The position numbers were made by a program, and so were the translations under genes. The notes beneath the pieces were generated by a model. That model was not told the DNA's origin. It worked only from the letters and a program-made list of their open reading frames with translations, and made no database searches. A stretch of DNA of 64,000 nt, from contig JAENYQ010000007.1 of assembly GCA_016841675.1 (NCBI GenBank), positions 1,638-65,637 on the forward strand, given 5' to 3'. The number at the start of each line of letters is the position of its first letter. Positions within the stretch are counted from its first letter, which is position 1. This DNA comes from Desulfotomaculum sp. (GTDB taxonomy: Bacteria > Bacillota > Desulfotomaculia > Desulfotomaculales > Desulfallaceae). This document shows positions 39,878 to 50,916 of the stretch, piece by piece.

Positions 39878-40720
39878 ATGCGCTCCATGTGGAAAGGCGC
39901 TGTTACTTTCGGCTTGATATACGTCCCTGTCAAGCTGTATGCGGCTACAGAAAAGAAGGACGTTAAGTTTAACTATCTGCATAAAAAATGCAGCACTCCG
40001 GTGCGCTACGTACGCTCTTGCCCTTACTGTGACGAAGAGGTAGGAATGGATGAAATAGTCAGGGGATATGAATACGAAAAAGGCCGGTATATTACCATGA
40101 CTGACGAAGAATTGGCCGAACTGGCCGGAGAAAAAGAGCGCAGCATCGAAATAGTTGATTTTGTGGATGCGGCCTTAATTGACCCCGTCTATTACGATCG
40201 TTCCTACTATCTGGCGCCAGGTGAGGGTGGGACCAAAGTATACGCTCTGCTTAAGCAGTCCATGGAGGAGAGCGGGCGCGCTGCCGTGGCCCACGTGGCT
40301 ATCAGAAGCAGAAAATCATTGTGTGTAATTCGGCCGGCCGGCCGGGCGCTGGTTATGGAAACAATGTTTTATGCCGATGAGGTACGTCAGGTGGAGAAGA
40401 TTGAGGAGATTGGCGCCCCGGCCAAGGTGCATGAAAATGAAATAAAAATGGCGGTTAGCCTCATTGATAGCCTGACCGTTGCTTTCGACCCGGCCAAGTA
40501 CACAAGCGAATACCGGGAAAAACTTCATGAGGCTATTCGAGCTAAGATTGCCGGCGAAGTGGTGGTTGAAAAACCGGTTGCACCTGACAATGAGAAGGTA
40601 GTTGACCTGATGTCGGCATTAAAAGCCAGTATTGATTTGGCGCGGGATCAGCGGGATAAAAAACCGCGTACCCGAAAAAGCACTCCGGAAAAACGCAAAA
40701 TAGCAGCCGAAAAAAAATAA
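39878..40720 (+). CDS. ku: Ku protein (NHEJ)
   Basis: MRSMWKGAVTFGLIYVPVKLY... and a basic C-terminal tail. Confidence 0.92.
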   Translation: MRSMWKGAVTFGLIYVPVKLYAATEKKDVKFNYLHKKCSTPVRYVRSCPYCDEEVGMDEIVRGYEYEKGRYITMTDEELAELAGEKERSIEIVDFVDAALIDPVYYDRSYYLAPGEGGTKVYALLKQSMEESGRAAVAHVAIRSRKSLCVIRPAGRALVMETMFYADEVRQVEKIEEIGAPAKVHENEIKMAVSLIDSLTVAFDPAKYTSEYREKLHEAIRAKIAGEVVVEKPVAPDNEKVVDLMSALKASIDLARDQRDKKPRTRKSTPEKRKIAAEKK

Positions 40721-40760
40721 TGTCGTTAAGTCAAGTTGCATAAAGCGAGAACTTAAGCTG

Positions 40761-41750
40761 TTGCTGGGGGGTGCTATAAACCTGGTTGCCACAAGAGTTT
40801 TGCCGCTGGTTAAACCTATGTTGGCCGTAGCCGCGGATCCATTCGATCATCCTGACTATGTGTTTGAGATTAAGTGGGATGGTTACCGCTGCCTTGCTTA
40901 CCTGGAAGCTGGGCATACCATCCTGATTTCTCGGAATCTTAACAATATAACCCCTCATTTTCCGGACCTGGGGGACATGCATCGGCAAGTTCAAAAAACT
41001 GCGGTCATTTTGGACGGTGAGATAATCGTTCTTCGAGACGGGCAGCCCTCTTTTGCCGCATTACAGTCCCGGGCCAGGCTTACTGATAAACACCGGATAA
41101 GTTTGGCGGCGCAGAGTATGCCAGCTCTTTATATGGCATTTGATATGCTTTATTGCCAGGGGAATTCACTAATGGAGTTTCCGTTGGCTGATCGTTTTGA
41201 GGAATTAAAGGCAGTCGTTGGGCCAAACCGATTGATTGTTGTTTCGGATGGTGTACGCGGTGATGGAATATCCTTTTTCCGGGCCTGTGTTGATAGAGGT
41301 CTTGAAGGGATGATGGCCAAGCGTTTGGACAGCAGGTACCTGCCCGGGACCAGGTCGCCTCTGTGGAAGAAAATACGGGCTACCCGTGAGGCCGACCTGA
41401 TAATTTGCGGGTATCGGAGCGGTAAGGGCAGTCGACGGTTGGGTTCGCTAGTACTGGGTGCTTGGAATGGCAAGAAATTTGTTTACCAGGGGCTAGTGGG
41501 GACTGGTTTCAACCAGGTTGAAGAAGACGAATTGTTAACCAAACTGACTGCTATTGGTGCTAAACGAAGAAGCCTGGAAATGGCAGAACCTGCGGGGCGA
41601 TCTGTGCACTGGGTCATACCCGAAATGGTGTGCCGGGTGGAATACCTGACGCTCACCGGGCAGGGGCTGCTTAGGCACCCGGTATACCGGGGGCTGCGCA
41701 ATGATAAGAATCCCCGGGAGTGCAGACCAGCAGGCGAACAATTATTTTGA
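40761..41750 (+). CDS. ligD: ATP-dependent DNA ligase (LigD ligase domain only)
   Basis: Motif I EIKWDGYR. Start uncertain (TTG 40761 or ATG 40818). Confidence 0.88.
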   Translation: MLGGAINLVATRVLPLVKPMLAVAADPFDHPDYVFEIKWDGYRCLAYLEAGHTILISRNLNNITPHFPDLGDMHRQVQKTAVILDGEIIVLRDGQPSFAALQSRARLTDKHRISLAAQSMPALYMAFDMLYCQGNSLMEFPLADRFEELKAVVGPNRLIVVSDGVRGDGISFFRACVDRGLEGMMAKRLDSRYLPGTRSPLWKKIRATREADLIICGYRSGKGSRRLGSLVLGAWNGKKFVYQGLVGTGFNQVEEDELLTKLTAIGAKRRSLEMAEPAGRSVHWVIPEMVCRVEYLTLTGQGLLRHPVYRGLRNDKNPRECRPAGEQLF

Positions 41751-41765
41751 ATTGAGGTATGAGCA

Positions 41766-42719
41766 ATGAGCGAAAAGGCCAGGGAAGTAGTTGAGATTGG
41801 GGGGCGGGTGCTAACTGTGTCCAATTTGGACAAGATAATGTGGCCAAATGAAAATATTACCAAGGCGCACCTGATTAAGTATTACCTCGATTTAGCACCG
41901 GTTTTGCTTCCTTACATTCGCAACAGGCCGCTGGTGTTGAAAAGGTACCCAGACGGAATTGAAGGGAATTTTTTTTATCAAAAGGAATGCCCGGAATATG
42001 CTCCGGACTGGGTGGAAACGTATTCCGTCAGACATGCCCGTAAGGTAATCAACTATATCGTTTGTAACGACACCCCAACTCTGGCCTGGATGGCCGGTCA
42101 GGGTTGCCTTGAGATACATGCCTGGCTTAGTCGGATGGATGCAATTGACTGCCCTGACCTGGCGGTGTTTGACCTAGACCCTGCCGAAGGTGTTCCCTTT
42201 AGCGCGGTAAAGCAAGTGGCCCTGATTGTCCGTAGTGTTCTGGAACAGTTTGGCATAACCGGTTTTCCCAAAACCTCCGGTTCAAGCGGCATGCACGTTT
42301 TCATACCATTGGAAGCCAATTACACGTTCCCCCGGGTAACTGCAGCCATGAAATATTTGGCCGAGTTAATCTTGCGGGCCTACCCCGACCTTGTTACGGT
42401 GGAAAGGAGTAAGGCCAAACGTAAAGGTAAGGTTTATCTTGATTATCTGCAAAATGGCCGGGGTAAGACTATGGCTTTTCCATATAGTTTGAGGCCCCTA
42501 CCCGGCGCGCCGGTATCTACACCGTTAACCTGGGATGAAGTAGAGTATCAAGACTTTAATCATGCCTGCTATAACATGCAGAACATTTCCCAACGGATTA
42601 ACCGTTTTGGTGATCCTTACTCCGATATTTTTCAGGCTCGACAAGACCTTGACCGACTGTTTAATGTTCTGTCTCCGGTGCGGTTTGGTATTTCGGATGT
42701 TGATTCCGTACGCCTGTGA
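41766..42719 (+). CDS. LigD polymerase/primase-domain protein (stand-alone)
   Basis: Full-length LigD PolDom similarity (VFDLDP..., SGSSGMHVFIPL). Confidence 0.85.
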   Translation: MSEKAREVVEIGGRVLTVSNLDKIMWPNENITKAHLIKYYLDLAPVLLPYIRNRPLVLKRYPDGIEGNFFYQKECPEYAPDWVETYSVRHARKVINYIVCNDTPTLAWMAGQGCLEIHAWLSRMDAIDCPDLAVFDLDPAEGVPFSAVKQVALIVRSVLEQFGITGFPKTSGSSGMHVFIPLEANYTFPRVTAAMKYLAELILRAYPDLVTVERSKAKRKGKVYLDYLQNGRGKTMAFPYSLRPLPGAPVSTPLTWDEVEYQDFNHACYNMQNISQRINRFGDPYSDIFQARQDLDRLFNVLSPVRFGISDVDSVRL

Positions 42720-42889
42720 AGTATATAATATGGCGATAGATATTATGGCACAAGCAGGAAAATAACAATTTACCTTGAAAATGTGCATTATGTGAAGAAA
42801 AATAGTGCATATCAAATTCTATTAGCAAGAATTATATTGCTTCGAGTGACACGTGCGTATAATTTAAAAAGTAATTAACTAAGGCGTAA

Positions 42890-43999
42890 ATGGTGGATGG
42901 GATGGATAAAAACAAAGTTTATTGGCTGGCCTGGCATATTATACTGGCTGGACAAGCCCGCCGATTCTGGGAAATTATAAACCACTTTGGTGATCCAGCA
43001 AAAGCCTGGTACGCACCGGACAAGGAGTTCGGGACCGTTCCCGGGATGCCGGCGAGATACCACAACGACATTCTAAACCGGAGACGAAACACGAATCTGG
43101 ACCAAGTGGCCGCTTTCCTGGATAGTGGTAATAAAAAAATATCCTTGCTTTTTTATACGGACGAAGATTATCCGGAACAGCTAAAGAATATATTCGACCC
43201 CCCGCCGGTTTTGTACCTGCGGGGTAACCGGAACAGTCTGCGGGATATGTCCGTAGCCCTGGTTGGCTCCAGGCAGGCTTCACCATATGGACTTAGTGTC
43301 GCTGAAAGCCTGGCTCGGGATCTGGCTGCCGCAGGTGTTGGCGTAGTAAGCGGTATGGCCAGGGGAATAGATACTGCCGCCCATCAAGGAGCTATCAAGA
43401 GCGGCGGTAGAACGGTGGCGGTGTTGGGGTGTGGAGTAGATGTAGTGTACCCGCGGGAAAACGTCAAGCTGGTAGAAGAAATTGCATCTACAGGAGCTGT
43501 AATTAGTGAATTTCCGCCTGGCTCCCGGCCCGAACCATGGCATTTCCCCGTACGTAACCGGGTTATCAGCGGACTCTCCAGGCTGGTAGTGGTAGTTGAA
43601 GCCACGGAAAAAAGCGGCGCCCTGATCACTGCTAATGTAGCTTTAGAACAAGGTCGAGACGTTATGGCGGTGCCCGGCCAGATAACCGCTCCATACAGCC
43701 GGGGGCCAAACAATTTAATTAAACAGGGAGCGGCGGTGGTGCTGAGCGCCGGGGATATCATGGCCGAGTTGGGTATGGGGGTGCTGTTTACACCGCATGC
43801 AAATGATAGTTCAAGCCACTTGAAAATGAGTGCAGATGAAGAACAGTTGAATCAACTCATTGAATACCAACCCGTTTCAGTGGAAATGCTGGTCCAAAAA
43901 ACCGGTTTACCTGCCGGACAGGTATTGACTGCTTTAATGTTTCTGGAGATAAAAGGTTTGATTAAACAAATGCCTGGCAGGCTTTACGCCAGGACCTAG
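42890..43999 (+). CDS. dprA: DNA processing protein DprA
   Basis: GMARGIDTAAHQGAI Rossmann core and C-terminal winged helix. Confidence 0.9.
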   Translation: MVDGMDKNKVYWLAWHIILAGQARRFWEIINHFGDPAKAWYAPDKEFGTVPGMPARYHNDILNRRRNTNLDQVAAFLDSGNKKISLLFYTDEDYPEQLKNIFDPPPVLYLRGNRNSLRDMSVALVGSRQASPYGLSVAESLARDLAAAGVGVVSGMARGIDTAAHQGAIKSGGRTVAVLGCGVDVVYPRENVKLVEEIASTGAVISEFPPGSRPEPWHFPVRNRVISGLSRLVVVVEATEKSGALITANVALEQGRDVMAVPGQITAPYSRGPNNLIKQGAAVVLSAGDIMAELGMGVLFTPHANDSSSHLKMSADEEQLNQLIEYQPVSVEMLVQKTGLPAGQVLTALMFLEIKGLIKQMPGRLYART

Positions 44000-44077
44000 T
44001 GAACCAGTCTGTTCTAAAATACCGCGATACGGGATACATTTACCAAAGAAGCGCAATTATTATTGAGGTGAATTAGT

Positions 44078-46219
44078 GTGGCTAAGACGCTGGTTATTGT
44101 CGAATCACCGGCCAAAGCAAAGAGCCTGGGGAAATTTCTGGGCCGGAATTATACCATTAAGGCATCCATGGGGCATGTCAGGGATCTGCCCAAAAGTCAG
44201 TTCGGTGTTGATGAAAATAAGGGCTTCAAACCAAAATATATAACCATCCGCGGCAAGGGGGATATCATTAAAGAACTAAAGTCAGCCACCAAGAAGGCTG
44301 ACCGAGTATTACTTGCTTCTGACCCGGACCGGGAAGGTGAGGCTATTGCCTGGCACTTGGCCAACATGTTGGACGTGGATGAAAATACCCCTTGTAGAAT
44401 TGAGTTTAATGAAGTCACCAAGCAGGCGGTACAGAATGCCGTAAAACAACCGCGCCCCATAGACCGCGACAGGGTGGATGCACAGCAGGCCAGGCGTATC
44501 CTTGATCGCTTGGTAGGCTACAACTTAAGCCCGCTGTTGTGGCGTAAGGTAAAAAAAGGTCTTAGCGCAGGGCGGGTCCAATCAGTGGCAATGCGTCTTA
44601 TCTGCGATCGTGAGGATGAAATACAAGCTTTTGTACCCGAAGAATACTGGTCGCTGATCGCCAAACTGTTGAAAGGTAAAAATAGTGCTTTCGAAGCCAA
44701 ACTGCACAAAATTGACAATAAGAAAGCGCATATACCGGATGAAAGCTCATCGCGGCAAATAATGGACGATTTGCGAGAAGAAACATTTGAAGTGGTCTCA
44801 GTCACCAAGCGCGAAAAAAAGAGGCAGCCAGCTCAAGCTTTTACCACCAGCAGCCTGCAGCAGGATGCATACCGTAAGTTAAATTTTACGGCTCGCAAGA
44901 CCATGATGGTAGCCCAGCAGCTGTACGAAGGTTTGGACATGGGTAAGGATGGCCCGGTGGGCCTGGTTACTTATATCCGTACCGATTCCACCAGGATTTC
45001 GGAAACTGCAGCCCTAGAGGCCAAGGAGTTTATTACACAACGTTACGGGCCGGATTACGCGCCGGCGGAAGTACAGCGCCCGGCCCCCAAGGGGCGGACC
45101 CAGGATGCCCATGAAGCTATCAGGCCTACATCGGTGGCCAGAGAGCCTAACAGTGTTAAGGGGTTTCTCACCAGGGAACAATTTAAACTGTATAAACTAG
45201 TTTGGGAGCGTTTCATTGCCAGCCAAATGAGCCCGGCTGTTTTTGATACCACCAGTGTGGATATCAGCGCGGGTAAATATATCTTTCGGGTTGCCGGTTC
45301 GATAATGAAGTTTGCCGGTTTCATGCAGGTGTACATTGAAGGGCGCGATGATGAGGAAGAAGGCGACCAAGAGGGTACTTTTCCCGCGCTTAAGAAGGGC
45401 GAGATACTTAAACTTCGTGCCCTGGTGCCCAAACAGCATTTTACCCAGCCGCCGCCGCGTTTTACTGACGCCACCCTGATTAAGGTGCTCGAGGAAAAGG
45501 GCATTGGTCGGCCTAGTACGTATGCACCCATTGTGGATACTATCCTCAAACGTGGATATGTGATCAGGGAGAAAAAGAACTTTTATCCTACAGAGTTAGG
45601 GTTCGTGGTAGTTGAACTACTGAAAAAATATTTTAAGGATATCATAGATGTCGAGTTTACCGCTGAGATGGAGGAAAAGTTGGACGGCATTGAGGATGGG
45701 GATATTGACTGGGTTAAAATATTAGATGACTTTTATACCCCTTTCCGAGAGATGCTTATTATAGCTGAAAAAGAGATTGAGCAGATTCAGGTAGAAGATG
45801 AAGTTACTGAAGAGGTATGTGAGCAGTGTGGCCGGAACATGGTGGTCAAGATGGGCAGGTTTGGCAAGTTCCTGGCTTGTCCCGGATTTCCAGAGTGTCG
45901 GAATACGAGGCCGCTTTTGGAGCCCACAGGTGTGTCCTGTCCGAGCTGCAGCGGAGAACTGGTACTCAGGCGCAGTAAAAAAGGACGCAAGTTTTATGGT
46001 TGTAGTAATTACCCTGAATGCGCATTTGTTGTCTGGGATCAGCCTACCAATCGCAAGTGCCCTGAATGTGGCGGCTTAACGGTTGTTAAAGATACCAAGG
46101 GTAAAAAAGTATACCGGTGCATTGATAAGGAATGCAGCGGTAAAATAATTGTTCAAGATGACGAAGATGAAAATGATGCTGCCCAATCCGGGGAACGGCA
46201 AGAAGAGCGCCTGACGTGA
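44078..46219 (+). CDS. topA: DNA topoisomerase I
   Basis: Toprim IVESPAKAK..., three C-terminal C4 zinc ribbons. Confidence 0.95.
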   Translation: MAKTLVIVESPAKAKSLGKFLGRNYTIKASMGHVRDLPKSQFGVDENKGFKPKYITIRGKGDIIKELKSATKKADRVLLASDPDREGEAIAWHLANMLDVDENTPCRIEFNEVTKQAVQNAVKQPRPIDRDRVDAQQARRILDRLVGYNLSPLLWRKVKKGLSAGRVQSVAMRLICDREDEIQAFVPEEYWSLIAKLLKGKNSAFEAKLHKIDNKKAHIPDESSSRQIMDDLREETFEVVSVTKREKKRQPAQAFTTSSLQQDAYRKLNFTARKTMMVAQQLYEGLDMGKDGPVGLVTYIRTDSTRISETAALEAKEFITQRYGPDYAPAEVQRPAPKGRTQDAHEAIRPTSVAREPNSVKGFLTREQFKLYKLVWERFIASQMSPAVFDTTSVDISAGKYIFRVAGSIMKFAGFMQVYIEGRDDEEEGDQEGTFPALKKGEILKLRALVPKQHFTQPPPRFTDATLIKVLEEKGIGRPSTYAPIVDTILKRGYVIREKKNFYPTELGFVVVELLKKYFKDIIDVEFTAEMEEKLDGIEDGDIDWVKILDDFYTPFREMLIIAEKEIEQIQVEDEVTEEVCEQCGRNMVVKMGRFGKFLACPGFPECRNTRPLLEPTGVSCPSCSGELVLRRSKKGRKFYGCSNYPECAFVVWDQPTNRKCPECGGLTVVKDTKGKKVYRCIDKECSGKIIVQDDEDENDAAQSGERQEERLT

Positions 46220-46285
46220 AGGCGCTCGCTGCAATATCATACTGTAGCCATTATTTATCAATCAAGACACTTTGGGGGGAATAAC

Positions 46286-47596
46286 TTGCCACAAACCCTG
46301 ACCATTGCCGGTGCAGGGCTGGCCGGTTCTGAGGCCGCCTGGCAGGCCGCCAGCAGGGGGATACCTGTGCGCCTGTACGAAATGCGTCCTTTTAAGAATA
46401 CTCCGGCTCATCATACCGGGCATTTTGCTGAGCTGGTCTGTAGCAATTCCCTGCGGGCTGCGGCACTTGAAAATGCCGTTGGTCTGTTAAAAGAAGAGAT
46501 GCGTAAGATGGATTCTATTATCATGCGGTGTGCCGATGAAAATTCGGTTCCAGCCGGCGGCGCCTTGGCCGTAGACAGGGAAAGGTTCTCCCGGTCAGTA
46601 ACCCTGACGCTGGAGAATCACCCGTTGATAGAAGTTGTTCGGGAAGAGTTCGCCGGCCATAAAGGTGGTATAACGGTAATAGCAACGGGGCCGCTTACAT
46701 CCGAAGCACTGGCGAATGAACTTAAAACAATTACAGGCCGTGAAAACCTTTATTTTCACGATGCTGTGGCTCCTATAGTCGCTTTGGATTCAATTGATTT
46801 GGAAAAAGCCTTCTGGTCTTCTCGGTATGATCGGGGAACCGCTGACTATCTTAATTGTCCAATGAACCGGGAAGAATATGAGTTGTTCAGGGATGCGCTG
46901 GCGTTAGCCGAACGTGCACCCCGGAAAGATTTTGATCAGGAAAAAAACTTTGAAGGTTGTATGCCCATTGAAATTTTGGCCCGGCGGGGAATGGACACCA
47001 TGCGCTTTGGCCCGCTAAAACCGGTTGGTCTTATAGATCCGCATACAGGCAGGAGACCTTACGCAGTTGTGCAATTGCGCATTGATAATGCCGCTGGAAC
47101 TCTTTTAAATCTTGTCGGCTTTCAGACCCACCTCAAGTGGAGTGAACAAAAAAGGGTGTTCAGTATGATCCCCGGGCTCAAGCGGGCTGAATACGTTCGT
47201 TACGGGGTGATGCATCGCAATACATATATTAATTCACCCGTTCTTTTGCATCCAACCTATCAATGCAAAAATGAAAGCCGGTTATTTTTAGCCGGCCAAA
47301 TAACCGGTGTTGAAGGTTATGTAGAATCGGCTGCCTCGGGCCTGGTAGCAGGTGTTAACGCCGCCCGGTTACTACTTGGACGACAACCGCTGGCTCCGCC
47401 CCGTGAATCTGCACTGGGTGCGTTGGCTTACTACATAACTTCCGCGGACCCAAATAGATTTCAGCCCATGAATATTACTTTCGGGCTGTTCCCACCGCTG
47501 GATGAAAAAATCAGGGAACGTAAAAAGCGTAATGCCACCTACGCGCAAAGAGCGCTGGCTGGCCTGGAAAGCTGGATGAAATCGGTTGGGCTGTGA
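46286..47596 (+). CDS. trmFO: Folate-dependent tRNA (m5U54) methyltransferase TrmFO
   Basis: [15 protein letters not shown] motif with full-length similarity. TTG start. Confidence 0.92.
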   Translation: MPQTLTIAGAGLAGSEAAWQAASRGIPVRLYEMRPFKNTPAHHTGHFAELVCSNSLRAAALENAVGLLKEEMRKMDSIIMRCADENSVPAGGALAVDRERFSRSVTLTLENHPLIEVVREEFAGHKGGITVIATGPLTSEALANELKTITGRENLYFHDAVAPIVALDSIDLEKAFWSSRYDRGTADYLNCPMNREEYELFRDALALAERAPRKDFDQEKNFEGCMPIEILARRGMDTMRFGPLKPVGLIDPHTGRRPYAVVQLRIDNAAGTLLNLVGFQTHLKWSEQKRVFSMIPGLKRAEYVRYGVMHRNTYINSPVLLHPTYQCKNESRLFLAGQITGVEGYVESAASGLVAGVNAARLLLGRQPLAPPRESALGALAYYITSADPNRFQPMNITFGLFPPLDEKIRERKKRNATYAQRALAGLESWMKSVGL

Positions 47597-47599
47597 GGA

Positions 47600-48517
47600 G
47601 TGGAGCAAGTGTACGGTTATATTGATGGTTTTTTGTTTTATCTCCAAGCAGAGAAGAACGCCTCCCCGCATACAGTGCAAAACTATCAGCGGGATCTGTT
47701 TGACGGGCTGACCTTTTTTGCTCGCGAACTAAGCCGGGACGATTTTACTCTACACCCGTCGGAAATCACTGTCATATTATTCAGGAACTACCTGGCAGAC
47801 ATGCGGATAAGAAACAAAGCGGGTGCCACAATATCAAGACGGCTTTCTTCCTGGCGTTCCTTTTACCGCCATATTTGCAGGGAAGGGGTACTACAAGAAA
47901 ACCCGTTGCGCCGGATCAGTAACCCCAGGCGGGAAAAAAAACTGCCCGGGTTTCTGGCCGAAGAGGATATGATCAAACTGGTAGAGATCCCGGAACGCAG
48001 CAGTGTACTCGGTAACCGTGATCGAGCGGTTTTGGAAACACTTTACGGCACGGGCATCAGGGTATCAGAATTGGTGGGGATTAACATCGGTGATGTGGAC
48101 TTTAAGCGAGCCGCCGTCAAGGTTACCGGTAAAGGTAACCGGGAAAGAATCGCACCGCTGGGGGAACATGCTGTCAACGCTTTAAGCATATACATAAAAA
48201 AAGCCCGGCCTATGCTGATGGGTAAACGCACCGGCCGGATAGATGCCCTTTTTTTAAACAACCGGGGCGGGAGGTTGACTGATCGCGGTGTGCGCTGGTT
48301 GATTAAACGGTATGCAGCTGTGATAGAAATTGATCCTGAAACCAGCCCGCACACTTTCCGCCATTCATACGCTACCCACATGCTGGATCACGGCGCGGAC
48401 CTTAGGGCGGTGCAGGAACTTTTAGGACACGCTCGTCTTTCCACCACTCAAATATATACACACCTAAGCCGGGAACGTGTCAAGCGTATCTACGACAAGA
48501 CACATCCCAGAGCATGA
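47600..48517 (+). CDS. xerC: Tyrosine recombinase XerC (CodV-like)
   Basis: R..HxxR..Y signature (GIRVSEL, HTFRHSYATH, LGHARLSTTQIY). Conserved trmFO-xerC-hslVU-codY order. Confidence 0.9.
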   Translation: MEQVYGYIDGFLFYLQAEKNASPHTVQNYQRDLFDGLTFFARELSRDDFTLHPSEITVILFRNYLADMRIRNKAGATISRRLSSWRSFYRHICREGVLQENPLRRISNPRREKKLPGFLAEEDMIKLVEIPERSSVLGNRDRAVLETLYGTGIRVSELVGINIGDVDFKRAAVKVTGKGNRERIAPLGEHAVNALSIYIKKARPMLMGKRTGRIDALFLNNRGGRLTDRGVRWLIKRYAAVIEIDPETSPHTFRHSYATHMLDHGADLRAVQELLGHARLSTTQIYTHLSRERVKRIYDKTHPRA

Positions 48518-48575
48518 GGCGTAAAAAAGGTTAACTGTGTCTATCCTAGATTTAGGAGTTAGGAGTAGGAATACA

Positions 48576-49112
48576 ATGAGCGACTTTCATGCCACTACTA
48601 TTGTGGCGGTTAAAAAAGACCAGGATGTAGCTATAGCCGGTGACGGCCAGGTTACTTTCGGCCAGAATACCGTGCTGAAGCATAATGCGCGCAAGCTGCG
48701 CCGCTTGCACGGAAATGCGGTGTTGGCCGGTTTTGCCGGTTCAGTCTCAGATGCACTTACTTTATTTGAAAAATTTGAGGGTAAACTGGACAGCTACCAG
48801 GGGAACATGAAAAAAGCAGCAGTGGAGCTGGCTAAAGACTGGCGTACCGACAAGTACCTGCGTCGTCTGGAAGCCTTGCTGGTGGTGGCGGATAAAGAGT
48901 GTATTCTTGTCATCAGCGGCAGCGGTGAAGTAATTGAACCAGATGATGGCATTGTTGCCGTGGGATCGGGTGGCCCGTACGCACTTGCGGCCGCTAGAGC
49001 GCTGGCCAGACATACCGACATGCCAGCAACCGAGGTAGTGGGAAAAGCGCTGGCCATTGCTGCCGAAATATGTGTGTACACTAATGACAGAATTACCGTG
49101 GAAACACTTTAA
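48576..49112 (+). CDS. hslV: ATP-dependent protease subunit HslV
   Basis: [12 protein letters not shown]... The track start at 48537 reads through repeat sequence. Confidence 0.92.
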   Translation: MSDFHATTIVAVKKDQDVAIAGDGQVTFGQNTVLKHNARKLRRLHGNAVLAGFAGSVSDALTLFEKFEGKLDSYQGNMKKAAVELAKDWRTDKYLRRLEALLVVADKECILVISGSGEVIEPDDGIVAVGSGGPYALAAARALARHTDMPATEVVGKALAIAAEICVYTNDRITVETL

Positions 49113-49335
49113 CTACTTTTGAATTCAGGAGTCAGTAGTCAGGAGTCAGAATGGATTATCATAATGTCATCTTGAGCGCAGCGAAGGATCTTAAGATTCT
49201 TCACTTCGTTCAGAATGACATAATGCTGAAGTTTTTCTATCAATTGCGGTGCCGTACCAGCGGCATGGTGGTCTATCCTGGAAGCATGTTCTTCGGACAT
49301 TCTGAATTTTAACTACTGAATTCTGACTACTTAAT
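49108..49335. repeat. Composite intergenic repeat (family copy C) carrying a nested 54-bp palindrome
   Basis: Outer imperfect inverted repeats ...AGTAGTCAGGAGTCAGAATG / CATTCTGAATTTTAACTACT.... Inner palindrome 49166-49219 flanked by ATAAT on both sides. Confidence 0.8.
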
Positions 49336-49356
49336 AGAAACCGGGGGGATTCGTTG

Positions 49357-50757
49357 ATGGAATCACTTACACCCAAAGAAATAGTAGCTGAACTGGATAA
49401 GTATGTAATAGGTCAGGGACAGGCTAAAAAAGCCGTGGCCATTGCCCTGCGCAATAGGTACCGTCGGAATAAGCTACCCGAGGATTTAATGGACGAGGTT
49501 ATGCCCAAGAACATCCTCATGATTGGGCCGACCGGTGTGGGAAAAACCGAAATTGCCAGGCGGCTGGCCAAGTTGGTCAGTGCGCCATTCATTAAGGTAG
49601 AAGCCACTAAGTTTACCGAGGTGGGGTACGTCGGCCGGGACGTTGAGTCCATGGTTCGTGATTTGGTGGAAACATCTATAAGGATGGTCCGCCAGGAAAA
49701 AATGGCTCAGGTAGAGGATAAAGCCAGGAAATTAGCCGGTGAGCGAATTATTGAATTATTGGCCCCAATGCCGCAGCAGAATAAACAGGTCAAGAATCCG
49801 CTGGAAATGATTTTTGGTACCACCAAGACAGCGGACCAGGGAGATGAAACTCGTTACGAACAAATGGCCAGTCGTATCCGTTTTGAACGGGAGACCCTAC
49901 GGGAAAAAATGGACCGCGGTGAATTGGAAGAAGAGTTTGTTGAAATTGAAGTGGAAGATACCAAGCCACCGATGATGGAAGTGTTTAGCGGTTCCGGGGT
50001 AGAGGAGATGGGGATTAATATTGGCGACATGCTGGGCAATCTTATACCTAAAAAGAGACATCAACGCAGGGTAACCGTATCTGAAGCGCGTAAAATTATT
50101 ACCCAGCAGGAAGCACAGAAGCTTATTGATATGGATGAGGTCTCAACTGCTGCAGTAAACAGGGCTGAAAACAGCGGCATTATTTTCCTTGATGAGATCG
50201 ACAAAATAGCAGTAAGGGATGGCGGCGCAGGACCTGATGTTTCCCGGGGCGGGGTACAACGGGATATTTTGCCCATTGTAGAGGGCTCCACAGTGATGAC
50301 CAAATATGGCCCGGTTAAAACAGACCATGTTTTATTCATTGCCGCCGGGGCGTTTCACATGTCTAAACCTTCGGACTTGATTCCTGAATTGCAGGGGCGC
50401 TTTCCGATTCGAGTAGAATTATCCAGCCTTACCAAGGATGAGTTTTTGCAAATATTAACCGAACCAAAAAATTCCTTAATCAGACAATATATCGAATTAT
50501 TGCGCACTGAGGGGCTTGAGCTCAAATTCTCGCAAAAATCCCTTGTGAAAATAGCCGAAATCGCGTATACTGTAAATGAGCAAACGGAAAACATCGGTGC
50601 CAGAAGGCTTCACACCATTGTAGAGAAGCTGCTTGAAGACATTTCTTTTGAGGCCGCGGATTTACCCGTCGGTTCTTTTGACGTTGGTGAGGATTACGTG
50701 TCACAAAAGCTTGCAGGTATCGCTGGGGACAGTGATTTAAGCAGGTATATCCTTTAA
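49357..50757 (+). CDS. hslU: ATP-dependent protease ATPase subunit HslU
   Basis: [15 protein letters not shown] with full-length similarity. Confidence 0.95.
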   Translation: MESLTPKEIVAELDKYVIGQGQAKKAVAIALRNRYRRNKLPEDLMDEVMPKNILMIGPTGVGKTEIARRLAKLVSAPFIKVEATKFTEVGYVGRDVESMVRDLVETSIRMVRQEKMAQVEDKARKLAGERIIELLAPMPQQNKQVKNPLEMIFGTTKTADQGDETRYEQMASRIRFERETLREKMDRGELEEEFVEIEVEDTKPPMMEVFSGSGVEEMGINIGDMLGNLIPKKRHQRRVTVSEARKIITQQEAQKLIDMDEVSTAAVNRAENSGIIFLDEIDKIAVRDGGAGPDVSRGGVQRDILPIVEGSTVMTKYGPVKTDHVLFIAAGAFHMSKPSDLIPELQGRFPIRVELSSLTKDEFLQILTEPKNSLIRQYIELLRTEGLELKFSQKSLVKIAEIAYTVNEQTENIGARRLHTIVEKLLEDISFEAADLPVGSFDVGEDYVSQKLAGIAGDSDLSRYIL

Positions 50758-50916
50758 TTTAGCGAAAAGAGAACTTAACGAGTTATTGTTTAACAGTACA
50801 TGTGTTTAATTTTCCTCGTTGTGGCAAAATATAAATGTATTTAAAAATATATGTTTACTATTTACTAATTATTTCCAAACTAAATGAGAATTAGTTCAGA
50901 AAAGAGGCGATGAGAT

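Noticed and set aside
49191-49376. A 61-aa minus-strand ORF in the hslV-hslU spacer.
   Set aside because: It is a translation of the palindromic repeat (...CHSERSEES). It has no RBS and lies inside repeat DNA.
50880-50905. A possible CodY box (AATTAGTTCAGAAAAG) upstream of codY.
   Set aside because: The best register has about 6 mismatches to the 15-nt AATTTTCWGAAAATT consensus, which is too weak to call.
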